A stretch of 64,000 nucleotides of DNA from positions 102,708-166,707 of the forward strand of contig JACJZH010000005.1 of assembly GCA_020635695.1 (NCBI GenBank), given 5' to 3'. Each line of letters opens with the position of its first letter. Position 1 is the stretch's first letter. Shown one piece after another: positions 8,749 to 17,184 of this stretch. The notes beneath the pieces were generated by a model. The model searched no databases. It was not told where the DNA came from and was given only the letters and a program-made list of their open reading frames with translations. The DNA comes from Flavobacteriales bacterium (GTDB lineage Bacteria; Bacteroidota; Bacteroidia; Flavobacteriales_F; PHOS-HE28). The translations under genes and the position numbers were made by a program.

Positions 8749-9588
8749 ATGAGCGAGAAACCCAAGAAGATCCTGGTCCCTGACGACTTCACGAAAGTGG
8801 CCGATTGCGCCATGGAGCATGCGATCACGCTTGCCGGCACCATGGGGGCCGAGGTGTACCTTCTTCATGTGGTCCCCAAGGCGTCCGAGGCGGAGGAGGC
8901 CCGCATGAAGCTCGACATGGACATCAAGCGCGCCAAGGAGATCGACGCTTCCGTCCCGGTCCATAAGCTGGTGCGCATCGGGTCCATCTTCGAGGATATC
9001 GGAGATGCGGCCACCGAGATCGACGCATCACTGATCATCATGGGCACGCATGGCATGCGCGGCATGCAGTTCATCACCGGCAGCCGTGCGCTGCGCGTGA
9101 TCACGAACTCCTCGGTGCCGTTCATCGTGGTTCAGGAGCGCGGCATCAAGGAGGGTGGCTACGATTCCATCGTGGTGCCCCTCGACCTTCACAAGGAGAC
9201 CCGCCAGAAGCTGACCCTGGTGGCCGACATGGCCAAGTATTTCCAGAGCAAGGTGCACCTGATCACCCCCAAGGAGGACGATGAGTTCCTGCACAAGCAG
9301 CTGGTGAACAACATCAAGTTCGCCAACCAATACCTCGACGAGCGGGAGATCGAACACGACGCCACCATCGCCGACGAGGACAGCTCGAACTTCGTGAAGG
9401 CCGTGGTGCGCCATGCGATCCAGGTGGACGCCGACCTGATCACGATCATGAACCTGCAGCAGGGCAACATCTTCGGGGTGCTTGGGGTCCCCTACGAGCA
9501 GGAGGTCATTACGAACGAGGCGCAGATCCCCGTGATGCTCATGAACCCGCGCAACACGGGCACCGGGGGGGGCTGGTCCTTCCAGTGA
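8749..9588 (+). CDS. Universal stress protein (tandem UspA domains)
   Basis: Two Usp domains are present. The first contains KKILVPDDFT...LLHVV...IIMGTHGMRG. The second contains DSIVVPLD...LITIMNLQ. Confidence 0.8.
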   Translation: MSEKPKKILVPDDFTKVADCAMEHAITLAGTMGAEVYLLHVVPKASEAEEARMKLDMDIKRAKEIDASVPVHKLVRIGSIFEDIGDAATEIDASLIIMGTHGMRGMQFITGSRALRVITNSSVPFIVVQERGIKEGGYDSIVVPLDLHKETRQKLTLVADMAKYFQSKVHLITPKEDDEFLHKQLVNNIKFANQYLDEREIEHDATIADEDSSNFVKAVVRHAIQVDADLITIMNLQQGNIFGVLGVPYEQEVITNEAQIPVMLMNPRNTGTGGGWSFQ

Positions 9589-9591
9589 GCG

Positions 9592-11391
9592 TTAGGCCCG
9601 GATGCCCATGACCAGGATGTCGTCCACCTGATCGTGGGGGCCCTTCCACTCGTTCAGCGCATCCTGTAGCAGGACCTTCTGGCGGTCCATCGGCTCCTGG
9701 CTGATGCTGACGAGCAACTCACGGAAACGCCGATAGAGGAATTTCTTGCCTCGGGGGCCCCCGAACTGGTCGGGGTATCCGTCCGAGAACAAATAGATGG
9801 CATCTCCCTCCTCGAGCTTGATGCGGTGGTCCGTGAACGTGCGCCCTTCCAGGTCAAAGCCCCCGACCGGCATCTTGTCCGGGGCGAATTGAAGGAGCTG
9901 ACCGTCGCGGACCACGTAGAGGGGACAATTGGCCCCCGCATATTCAAGCACCCGGGTCCTCGGGTCCAGGCTGCACAGGGCCATGTCCATGCCATCCCGT
10001 ACGATGTACTTGTCCCGGTCCTTGTGCAGGGTCTCGTAGGCGATCCTGTTCAGGTCCCCAAGGATCTCCGATGGTCTCAGGTGCCCGTGTTCCTTGATCG
10101 CCTGGTTCAACCCATTGTAGCCGACCAGGCTCATGAACGCCCCTGGAACTCCGTGACCGGTACAGTCCACCGCCGCAATGACGACCTTCTCTCCGACGGA
10201 CTCGACCCAGTAGAAATCGCCCGATACGATGTCCTTGGGCCGATAGAGGACGAATGATTCCTGCAGCATCTCCCGCACCCGTTGGTCCGGGGGCAGAATG
10301 GACTCCTGAAGGCGTTTGGCATAGCGGATGCTGTCCGTGACGTTCTTGTACAGCTCCACCACCTTCCTTCCCTGCCGCTCGACCTCCTCCTTCTGGCGAA
10401 CGACCTCTTCCGTCCTTTCCTGGACCTTCTGCTCCAGGATCCGTTCGCGTTGCCCGAGCTCATCCCTCATCTTCAGCAGGGCATGTCCGAGCACGTCCTC
10501 CTCGCTGAGCGGCATGTACTCGGCATCGAACCGTCCGGCGGCTACCGCATGGGAGAACTCGGTGGTTCGACGAAGTCCGTCGACCAGCTCGGAAAGCGCC
10601 TTGGACATGTCCCCGATCTCGTCGCCGGTCTGCACCACCCGCGTTCGGGGGAACACGCCCCTGCCAAGGGACAGGAGCACATGGCGCAGCGAATGCACCG
10701 GCCGTACGATCCCGCGCACGATCAACCAGGAGACGACCAACCCGATGGCGATCAGGGCAAGGCCCATGTACAGCACGAAGAACTTCAGGGAGTCGAACGA
10801 CACCAGCATGCTGCCCCCGAGCTCCTTCCGTCTGTTCTCCTGCATTTCCAGGAGGTGGTCCAGCTCCTCCAGGACCAGTTCGGTCTGAACATCGAGGACC
10901 CCGCCCTCCTCGGCGAGTTCGTTCCGTTCAAGCCAGACCATCGGGTCCTTGTAGCTCTCCATGGAAGGAAGCATGTTCTTCACCCGGGAGTGCATGGCGA
11001 ACAAGCGGTCCAGTTCGGCATAGATGCCTGCCAGACGGGCGACCTCCTCCCGGTCCCAGCCCGCCGAGAGCGTGTCCACCCGATCGAGCAGTGCCGGCAG
11101 GTCCCGTTCGGTAAGCTCCACCAGGGTCATCTTTTCCCTGGCGTCCGTACGGCTCTCCACCTGCGCCCAGTACTTGATGAGCACGTGCGCATTGACCACG
11201 AGGTTCCGCAGCCGCACAAGCGCATCCACGGACGGGGAGTAGACCTTGTTGATCTGCTCGTTGATCTCCCGGCTCCGCTCAAGCGTCCTGTTGGTCAGGA
11301 CCACCACCAGCAGGGCGAAGAAGATGAACAGGCCGAAGCCCATCCCGATCTTCCGCCCGATGGTCATCCGGAACCGGCTCGCCATGGGCAC
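9592..11391 (-). CDS. Membrane-anchored HAMP-domain PP2C/SpoIIE-family protein serine phosphatase (RsbU-like)
   Basis: Two TM segments flank a periplasmic segment of about 170 aa. The HAMP domain is IVRPVHSLRHVLLSLGRG...EIGDMSKALSELVDGL. Coiled coil follows. The C-terminal PP2C domain contains GDFYWV, AAVDCTGHG, DGMDMALC and YLFSDGYPDQFG. Confidence 0.85.
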   Translation of the reverse strand: MPMASRFRMTIGRKIGMGFGLFIFFALLVVVLTNRTLERSREINEQINKVYSPSVDALVRLRNLVVNAHVLIKYWAQVESRTDAREKMTLVELTERDLPALLDRVDTLSAGWDREEVARLAGIYAELDRLFAMHSRVKNMLPSMESYKDPMVWLERNELAEEGGVLDVQTELVLEELDHLLEMQENRRKELGGSMLVSFDSLKFFVLYMGLALIAIGLVVSWLIVRGIVRPVHSLRHVLLSLGRGVFPRTRVVQTGDEIGDMSKALSELVDGLRRTTEFSHAVAAGRFDAEYMPLSEEDVLGHALLKMRDELGQRERILEQKVQERTEEVVRQKEEVERQGRKVVELYKNVTDSIRYAKRLQESILPPDQRVREMLQESFVLYRPKDIVSGDFYWVESVGEKVVIAAVDCTGHGVPGAFMSLVGYNGLNQAIKEHGHLRPSEILGDLNRIAYETLHKDRDKYIVRDGMDMALCSLDPRTRVLEYAGANCPLYVVRDGQLLQFAPDKMPVGGFDLEGRTFTDHRIKLEEGDAIYLFSDGYPDQFGGPRGKKFLYRRFRELLVSISQEPMDRQKVLLQDALNEWKGPHDQVDDILVMGIRA

Positions 11392-12272
11392 TATTCGTTG
11401 TCCGGTGGAAGGGCCTCGAACTTCGTCCGGAACTCTTCGGACCTTTCGTCGTCCTGGAGGCTGTAGTAGATGCCTTCCAGGCCAAGGAGGGTCTCCTTCC
11501 GGTCGGGTCGCATCTGATGTGCCTTGAGCATGTAGGGCAGCGCCCGTTTGAACAGCTCCTTGCTCACCTGCTGTATGAGCTCGATGCTCAGCAGGTCATT
11601 GTCAACGCCCAGTTGCTGGATGTTGTAAACGCCGTGGTTGTAATAGAGCGTGGCCAGGTTGTAGTTGGCCCCGTAGTTGCCGGTGTCCTTCTGCAGGACG
11701 CGCTCATAGGCACTGACCGCCTTGTCGAAGACCACCGTGTCCAGCCGGTCCTCATTGTATCGTCGGGTGTACGCCGTGCCAAGGGCGTTGAGGAAGTCGA
11801 CCTCCCGTTGATCGAGGTCTCCCTCCTCCGGAAGGCCTGCCATCGCTTCGCGGAAGCGGTCGAACTGGTCGATGGCATGATCCTCCCTTCCATCCTGAAG
11901 CGCCTTGGCCGCGTCATTGTAGAAGGACCGCGCCACGAACTGGTAGGCCTGTTCGGCGTTCTGGGCGAACGTCCTTTCCGTATCCAGCGCCCGGCACCGG
12001 TCAAGGCTCCTCAGGGCCCTGGACCGAAGGGTGTCGGGGTCGCTGTCCGGGCTCCGCTGCTTGTACAGGTCCTTGTACACGAATCCGCGAAGAAGCCATG
12101 CCTCCGCATCCTCTTCGTGGGACGGAATGGACACCGCCGAATCGACCAGCACGCGTGCACGCTCCAGGTCTCCCGCCTGGTATGCACGCAAGCCCTCCAC
12201 CAGTGGGTCCTGGGCCCTAACGCCCCACCAGCCGAAGCAGAACAGCAATGCTATGACGGATCCTTTCCGCAT
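11391..12272 (-). CDS. Secreted TPR-like repeat protein
   Basis: A signal peptide MRKGSVIALLFCFGWWGVRAQ is present. Helical repeat content is high. The gene overlaps the phosphatase gene by 1 nt. Confidence 0.6.
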   Translation of the reverse strand: MRKGSVIALLFCFGWWGVRAQDPLVEGLRAYQAGDLERARVLVDSAVSIPSHEEDAEAWLLRGFVYKDLYKQRSPDSDPDTLRSRALRSLDRCRALDTERTFAQNAEQAYQFVARSFYNDAAKALQDGREDHAIDQFDRFREAMAGLPEEGDLDQREVDFLNALGTAYTRRYNEDRLDTVVFDKAVSAYERVLQKDTGNYGANYNLATLYYNHGVYNIQQLGVDNDLLSIELIQQVSKELFKRALPYMLKAHQMRPDRKETLLGLEGIYYSLQDDERSEEFRTKFEALPPDNE

Positions 12273-12273
12273 G

Positions 12274-12876
12274 TCACTCGATCACGCGATGTGCGAGTTG
12301 TTTCAGGGTGGAGCCGACCTCCAGTCGGTGTTTTCTGGCATTGGGAAGGCTCATTTCATAGCGCACGATCTGCTCGGCCTTCACGAAGTTCACGACCGCA
12401 CCGTCCTCCAAGGCACCCGCGTACTGGGTGATGACCAGCGTGCTGCGGTCCCGGACCGTCTCATAGATGCCGGACATCAGGTCCAGTTCGTTCTCTCCCA
12501 CGAACAGGATGTGGCATTGGTCGACCTGTACCGAGCGGGGGAGCTTGCGGACCTCGATGGGTTGCTTCCCAATGGTCTTGGTGGCGTACTTCTTGATCAG
12601 CTCCTGATAAAGGTTGGCCCCTCCCACGACACCGATCACGAAGTTGCCCTGCCGCATGCCGGCATCCTTCCACTCCACCAGCTTGGCGATGTTGTAGATA
12701 TAGCTGGCCTGGACGATCGCCGTCGTATCATCCTCCGGGTCCCGCTGCAGGTCGAAAGAAGCCATCAGCATCGGGAGCAGGATGACGAGCAGGCGCGACC
12801 GGGATATAAGGAACCTGCTCAGGGGCCTACTTTTGAAGGCAGCCCCTACCGATCCCGTGCCGATCCCCGGACCCAC
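12274..12876 (-). CDS. YfiR-like (DUF4154) periplasmic regulator family protein
   Basis: The pattern NFVIGVVGG.NLYQEL...VEVRKLP....QCHILFVGE matches the DUF4154/YfiR family. The start codon is uncertain: the ATG options are 12876, 12771 or 12765. A 2-nt gap separates it from the TPR gene. Confidence 0.55.
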   Translation of the reverse strand: MGPGIGTGSVGAAFKSRPLSRFLISRSRLLVILLPMLMASFDLQRDPEDDTTAIVQASYIYNIAKLVEWKDAGMRQGNFVIGVVGGANLYQELIKKYATKTIGKQPIEVRKLPRSVQVDQCHILFVGENELDLMSGIYETVRDRSTLVITQYAGALEDGAVVNFVKAEQIVRYEMSLPNARKHRLEVGSTLKQLAHRVIE

Positions 12877-14338
12877 ACGACAAAGAAGCCACTTCGCCCC
12901 AGTCGGTCGTCTGCTGGTGCTGGGGTTCTTTTCACACGCCTGTGTTGAACTGGCCGCCCAGCTCCCTTCTTCATGGATGGCCCTGGAGGAAGAGGCCGTC
13001 CATGGCGCCAGGGGTTATGAATGGTTGGAATACAGCACCATCCATATCGGGCATCGCCTGACCGGTACGGACCAGGGGGGCCGTGCCACCGAGCTGGCTG
13101 ACAGCCTGTTCACCCGAATGGGCCTGCAGGTGGGCCGCGTTCCTTTCGAAGCCGAGGTCTGGATGCGGGGAGCACTGGAGTTGACCTATGGGGATGGAAC
13201 CGTTCAGCATGCGCTCCGGGCCGAGTCCCTCGCCAATACACCCCTAACGGTCTCGTTGCGCGCACCCCTGATCGATGCAGGCAATGGACTTCGTGATGAC
13301 ATGGAGGGGCTTGCCCATGCGATCCCTGGAAAGGCCGTCCTGATGAACTTGGGCCTCGTGAACGCTCCCGAAGGAACGATCAACCTCCACCGGAGCGAAA
13401 AGGTGGCGTTGGCCATCGAACATGGTGCCGCGGCCGTGGTGTTCGTGAACCAGGCCGAACATGGTGTCTTGCTCACCGGGACCGCGTCGCTGGATGGTCG
13501 GGTGATCGGCATACCGGCCGTCTGCATCGGTTCGGAGGATGGCGAGCTACTGCGCTCACAGATCTCCCCCGACGCCCCGATCGAGGTCGCCATTTCAATG
13601 AGCAATGCCGTCCGAGCCGTTCGTGCCGAAAGTGTGGTGGCCCGTCTTCCTGGAGATACCCACCCGGAAGAGGTCATCGTGATCGGTGGCCACCTGGACA
13701 GCTGGGACCTGGCGAGCGGCGCCACGGACAATGGGCTGGGGGCGTTCTCCATTCTGGACCTGGCCCGCTGCCTGACCGCGATCGGCTACAAGCCCTCGCG
13801 AACCATCGTCTTCGCGCTCTTCATGGGAGAGGAACAGGGCCTTCTCGGCTCAACGGCCTGGCTGAACGAGATGAAGGCGCGCGACGAACTCCGGCAGGTC
13901 CGTTGCATGATCAACCTGGACATGACCGGAGGACCATACGGATTCAACGTGGTCGGGGGTGCGGGTTGGACCGATGTGCTCGATACGATCGGCGCCGAGA
14001 TCCAGAAGGTCGACACCTCGTTCCGGGGCGTGGTCGACGACCGCGCCTACCTGCACAGCGATCACCAGCCGTTCCTGTTGGAGGGGGTCCCGGTCATTCT
14101 GCCGATGTGCGACCTCGGAGGACATGTCTACGGCTGCTATCACAGCAGTTGCGACGACATCCACCTGGTCGATCCAAGGCGCATGGTCGACAATGTCCGC
14201 TTTGTTGGCATGCTCGCCACGGCGCTGGCCGATCGTGCCATCCTGCCGCATGGCCTGGAAGACCAAGCCTTGCGGGACAAGCTCCGCGACGACGGGCTGG
14301 AAGAGAAGCTCCGGATACAGGGGGAATGGCGGTGGTGA
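12857..14338 (+). CDS. M28-family zinc peptidase with PA domain (aminopeptidase)
   Basis: M28 metal ligands appear in order: GGHLDSWD, ATDNGLGA, MGEEQGLLGS, NLDMTGG and YLHSDHQP. The start is uncertain. GTG at 12857 gives a plausible signal peptide; ATG options are 12782 and 12977. Confidence 0.8.
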   Translation: MPIPGPTRQRSHFAPVGRLLVLGFFSHACVELAAQLPSSWMALEEEAVHGARGYEWLEYSTIHIGHRLTGTDQGGRATELADSLFTRMGLQVGRVPFEAEVWMRGALELTYGDGTVQHALRAESLANTPLTVSLRAPLIDAGNGLRDDMEGLAHAIPGKAVLMNLGLVNAPEGTINLHRSEKVALAIEHGAAAVVFVNQAEHGVLLTGTASLDGRVIGIPAVCIGSEDGELLRSQISPDAPIEVAISMSNAVRAVRAESVVARLPGDTHPEEVIVIGGHLDSWDLASGATDNGLGAFSILDLARCLTAIGYKPSRTIVFALFMGEEQGLLGSTAWLNEMKARDELRQVRCMINLDMTGGPYGFNVVGGAGWTDVLDTIGAEIQKVDTSFRGVVDDRAYLHSDHQPFLLEGVPVILPMCDLGGHVYGCYHSSCDDIHLVDPRRMVDNVRFVGMLATALADRAILPHGLEDQALRDKLRDDGLEEKLRIQGEWRW

Positions 14339-14342
14339 CGCC

Positions 14343-14852
14343 TCAGCCCTGCTCGATCGGGGTGGCCGCGAGCCCCTCCAGATCGCGATCGAACAGGTAG
14401 AGGCCTCCCTTGTCGTTACCGATCAGGTTCAGCTTGTCGATCAACGTCCGGGCCAGGGCCTCCTCTTCGATCTGTTCGCTGACGTACCACTGAAGGAAGT
14501 TGTGCGTCGTATAGTCCTTGTCGCGCAGGCAGATGTCCACCAGCTTGTTGATCTCTCCCGTCACCTTCGTTTCATGGGAGAGCAGCGTCTGGAAGATGTC
14601 CGTGATGCCCTTGAAGGTGCGTGGCGGTTGGCCCAGGGCCGGGATCAAGGCCTTGCCACCCCTTTCGTTCACGAAACGGACCAGTTTCAGCATGTGCATG
14701 CGCTCCTCATCGCTGTGCCGGTAGAGGAAGGCGGCCGTACCATTGAGCCCCTCGGTCTCCGCCCAAGAGGCCATGGCCAGGTAGAACTGGCTGCTCATGG
14801 CCTCGGTCTCGATCTGTCCGTTGAGGGCCTTCTCGATCTTCTTGCTGAGCAT
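14343..14852 (-). CDS. ftn: Bacterial non-heme ferritin
   Basis: Ferritin-like di-iron site residues are present. The key stretches are ETEAMSSQFYLAMASWAE and SDEERMHMLKLVRFVNERGG. Confidence 0.85.
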   Translation of the reverse strand: MLSKKIEKALNGQIETEAMSSQFYLAMASWAETEGLNGTAAFLYRHSDEERMHMLKLVRFVNERGGKALIPALGQPPRTFKGITDIFQTLLSHETKVTGEINKLVDICLRDKDYTTHNFLQWYVSEQIEEEALARTLIDKLNLIGNDKGGLYLFDRDLEGLAATPIEQG

Positions 14853-14895
14853 GGGTCTTGGTGCTTTCCCGCAAAGGTAGGGCGAACGGTGCGCC

Positions 14896-15459
14896 CTAGC
14901 GGGAGTTGTGCTGGTTCATGGCACGGGCAAGCCCAAGGAAGGTCACGTCACGCACCGCGTCCGCAGCCTTGCCGAGCAGCGCCGGAAGGGCCTCCCGTTC
15001 CGCTTCATCCCACGGGCTGAGCACGAAATCCGCCTGACGGCCTCTGGGAAAGTCGTTCCCCACCCCGAAACGGAGCCTGGGGAAGTCCTCCGTCCCAAGG
15101 GTCTCGATGATATCGGACAGGCCATTGTGACCTCCAGCCCCGCCCTTGGCGCGTAGCCTGAGCTTGCCGAAGGGCAGGGCGATGTCGTCCGTGACCACCA
15201 AGGTCCGGTCCAGCGGCACGCTCTCCTGGTCGGCCCAATAGCGCACCGCCCTGCCACTCAGGTTCATGAACGTGGCGGGCTTGAGAAGCACGAGCTGCCG
15301 ACCTTTCAGTCGCACCTCGCACACCTCCCCATACCGTTCGCTCCGAAAGGTCCCCTTCCCGGCATCCGCAAGGGCCTCCACCACGCGGAAGCCGATGTTG
15401 TGCCGGGTGTCCTGGTACTCGGGTCCGGGGTTGCCCAGTCCGACGATCAGGAACTTCAC
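14896..15459 (-). CDS. pth: Peptidyl-tRNA hydrolase
   Basis: MKFLIVGLGNPGPEYQDTRHNIGF...TFMNLSG.. is a canonical Pth sequence. Confidence 0.9.
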   Translation of the reverse strand: MKFLIVGLGNPGPEYQDTRHNIGFRVVEALADAGKGTFRSERYGEVCEVRLKGRQLVLLKPATFMNLSGRAVRYWADQESVPLDRTLVVTDDIALPFGKLRLRAKGGAGGHNGLSDIIETLGTEDFPRLRFGVGNDFPRGRQADFVLSPWDEAEREALPALLGKAADAVRDVTFLGLARAMNQHNSR

Positions 15460-15470
15460 GGGCCCTCAGA

Positions 15471-16100
15471 TCACTCGGCCTTGGCCTCGGCGGCCTCAGC
15501 GGCACCTTCGGCCGGAGCAGCGGCCTCCTCGTCGGCCGGAGCCTCGGATACGGCACCGCCCTTGGCCATCTTCACCGTGGCCACCACCTCGGAGGCGGGC
15601 TCCAGGATGGTGAGGCCCTGGAAGCCCAGGTCACGAATGCGCAGGCTCTGGCCCAGGTCCAGCTTGGTGATGTCGGCCTCGAGATGCTCGGGGAGATCGG
15701 CCGGCACCCCCTTCACACGCAACTTGCGCTTGGTCTGGTTCAGCCGCCCACCCTTGCGGACACCCTCGGATTGGCCCACGAACTTGAGGGCCAGGGCGAC
15801 CTTGGCCGGCTTGCCCGGCTCCATGCGCAGGAAGTCGACATGGATGATGGCGTCGGTGACCGGGTGGAACTGCACCTCCTGGAGCAGGGCCATGGTGGTC
15901 TCGCCATCGATGTCGATCTCGATGCGGTAGGTCTCCGGCGTGAAGACCAGTTTCTTGAGCGCGCGTTCGTCCGCGGCGAAATGCACGGTGTCGCCACCGC
16001 CGTAAAGGACGCAGGGGACCTTTTCCACACGACGCAACTGCTTGGCGTCCTTGGTGCCCTGGCCTTCGCGCTTGATGCCCTGGATGGCTACCTTCTTCAT
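15471..16100 (-). CDS. rplY: 50S ribosomal protein L25 / general stress protein Ctc
   Basis: MKKVAIQGIKREG...VPCVLYGGG...HPVTDAIIHVDF is present, with an Ala/Glu-rich C-terminal tail. The ORF-track N-terminal extension is trimmed to Met76. Confidence 0.85.
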   Translation of the reverse strand: MKKVAIQGIKREGQGTKDAKQLRRVEKVPCVLYGGGDTVHFAADERALKKLVFTPETYRIEIDIDGETTMALLQEVQFHPVTDAIIHVDFLRMEPGKPAKVALALKFVGQSEGVRKGGRLNQTKRKLRVKGVPADLPEHLEADITKLDLGQSLRIRDLGFQGLTILEPASEVVATVKMAKGGAVSEAPADEEAAAPAEGAAEAAEAKAE

Positions 16101-16111
16101 GACCGTTGAGG

Positions 16112-17059
16112 TTATGCGATGATGAAATGACTGCTGATGGACTCGTGGTTGCGCACCCGCTTGATCACGTCGGCGAATAGCTGGGCCACGGAGAGCTGCT
16201 GGATCTTGGTGGTGAGCGCCTTCTTCTCGTCGCTCATCGGGATCGTGTCGGTGACGATCAGTTCGGTGAGGGCCGACGCCTCGATACGCTGGCAGGCCTC
16301 CCCGCTCAGCACCGCATGCGTGCACATGGCCCGGACGCTGGTGGCGCCGAGGTCGGCCATCATGTCGGCGGCCTTCGTCAGGGTGCCGGCCGTGTCGATC
16401 ATGTCGTCCACGAGCACCACGTTCTTTCCCTTCACATCCCCGATCACCGTCATGCTCTCCACCTGGTTGGCCACCTTGCGCTGTTTGTAGCAGATGGCCA
16501 TGTCCACCCCCAGATGCTTGGCATAGGCGTTGGCCCGCTTGGTACCCCCGGTGTCCGGTGCGGCGATCACCAGGTCCTCCAGCTCCATGTCCTTGATGTG
16601 GGGGAGGAAGATGCTGCTGGCGAACAAATGGTCCACCGGCACCTCGAAGAAGCCCTGGATCTGGTCCGCGTGCAGGTCCATGGTCATGATCCGGTCCACG
16701 CCCGCCGCGGTGAACATGTTGGCCACCAATTTGGCGCCAATGCTCACCCTGGGCTTGTCCTTTCGGTCCTGCCGGGCGAACCCGAAATAGGGGATCACCG
16801 CCACGATGCGTTTGGCGGACGCGCGCCGGGCGGCATCCACCATGAGGAGGAGCTCGAACAGGTTGTCCGTGGGCGGGAACGTGCTCTGGACGATGAACAC
16901 CAGCTCACCGCGCACCGTCTCCTCGAAGGAGGGCTGGAACTCCCCGTCGCTGAAGCGGCTCACATGGACCTCGCCGAGCCGCTCACCGGAGTACGCAGCG
17001 ATCTTCTCCGCGAGGTATCGCGTGGCTGTGCCGCTGAATATCTTGGCGCTTTCGTACAT
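16112..17059 (-). CDS. prs: Ribose-phosphate pyrophosphokinase
   Basis: MYESAKIFSGTATRYLAEKIA...RFSDGE is present. The PRPP-binding loop is VLVDDMIDTAGT. It sits in the conserved prs-rplY-pth order. Confidence 0.9.
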   Translation of the reverse strand: MYESAKIFSGTATRYLAEKIAAYSGERLGEVHVSRFSDGEFQPSFEETVRGELVFIVQSTFPPTDNLFELLLMVDAARRASAKRIVAVIPYFGFARQDRKDKPRVSIGAKLVANMFTAAGVDRIMTMDLHADQIQGFFEVPVDHLFASSIFLPHIKDMELEDLVIAAPDTGGTKRANAYAKHLGVDMAICYKQRKVANQVESMTVIGDVKGKNVVLVDDMIDTAGTLTKAADMMADLGATSVRAMCTHAVLSGEACQRIEASALTELIVTDTIPMSDEKKALTTKIQQLSVAQLFADVIKRVRNHESISSHFIIA

Positions 17060-17184
17060 CCCCGGCGCGGAAAGGGCTGCAAAGGTAGTAAAGAGCGGGT
17101 TATCAACGATCGTTGGTGGACCCATCCCCGGAGCATCCGCCTATCTTCGCTCCGCCACTCATCCGGCCCCTCCCCCACCCCTGC

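Noticed and set aside
10282-11466. 394-aa plus-strand ORF inside the HAMP-PP2C phosphatase gene
   Set aside because: It is antisense to a CDS with unambiguous HAMP and SpoIIE motifs and has low-complexity composition.
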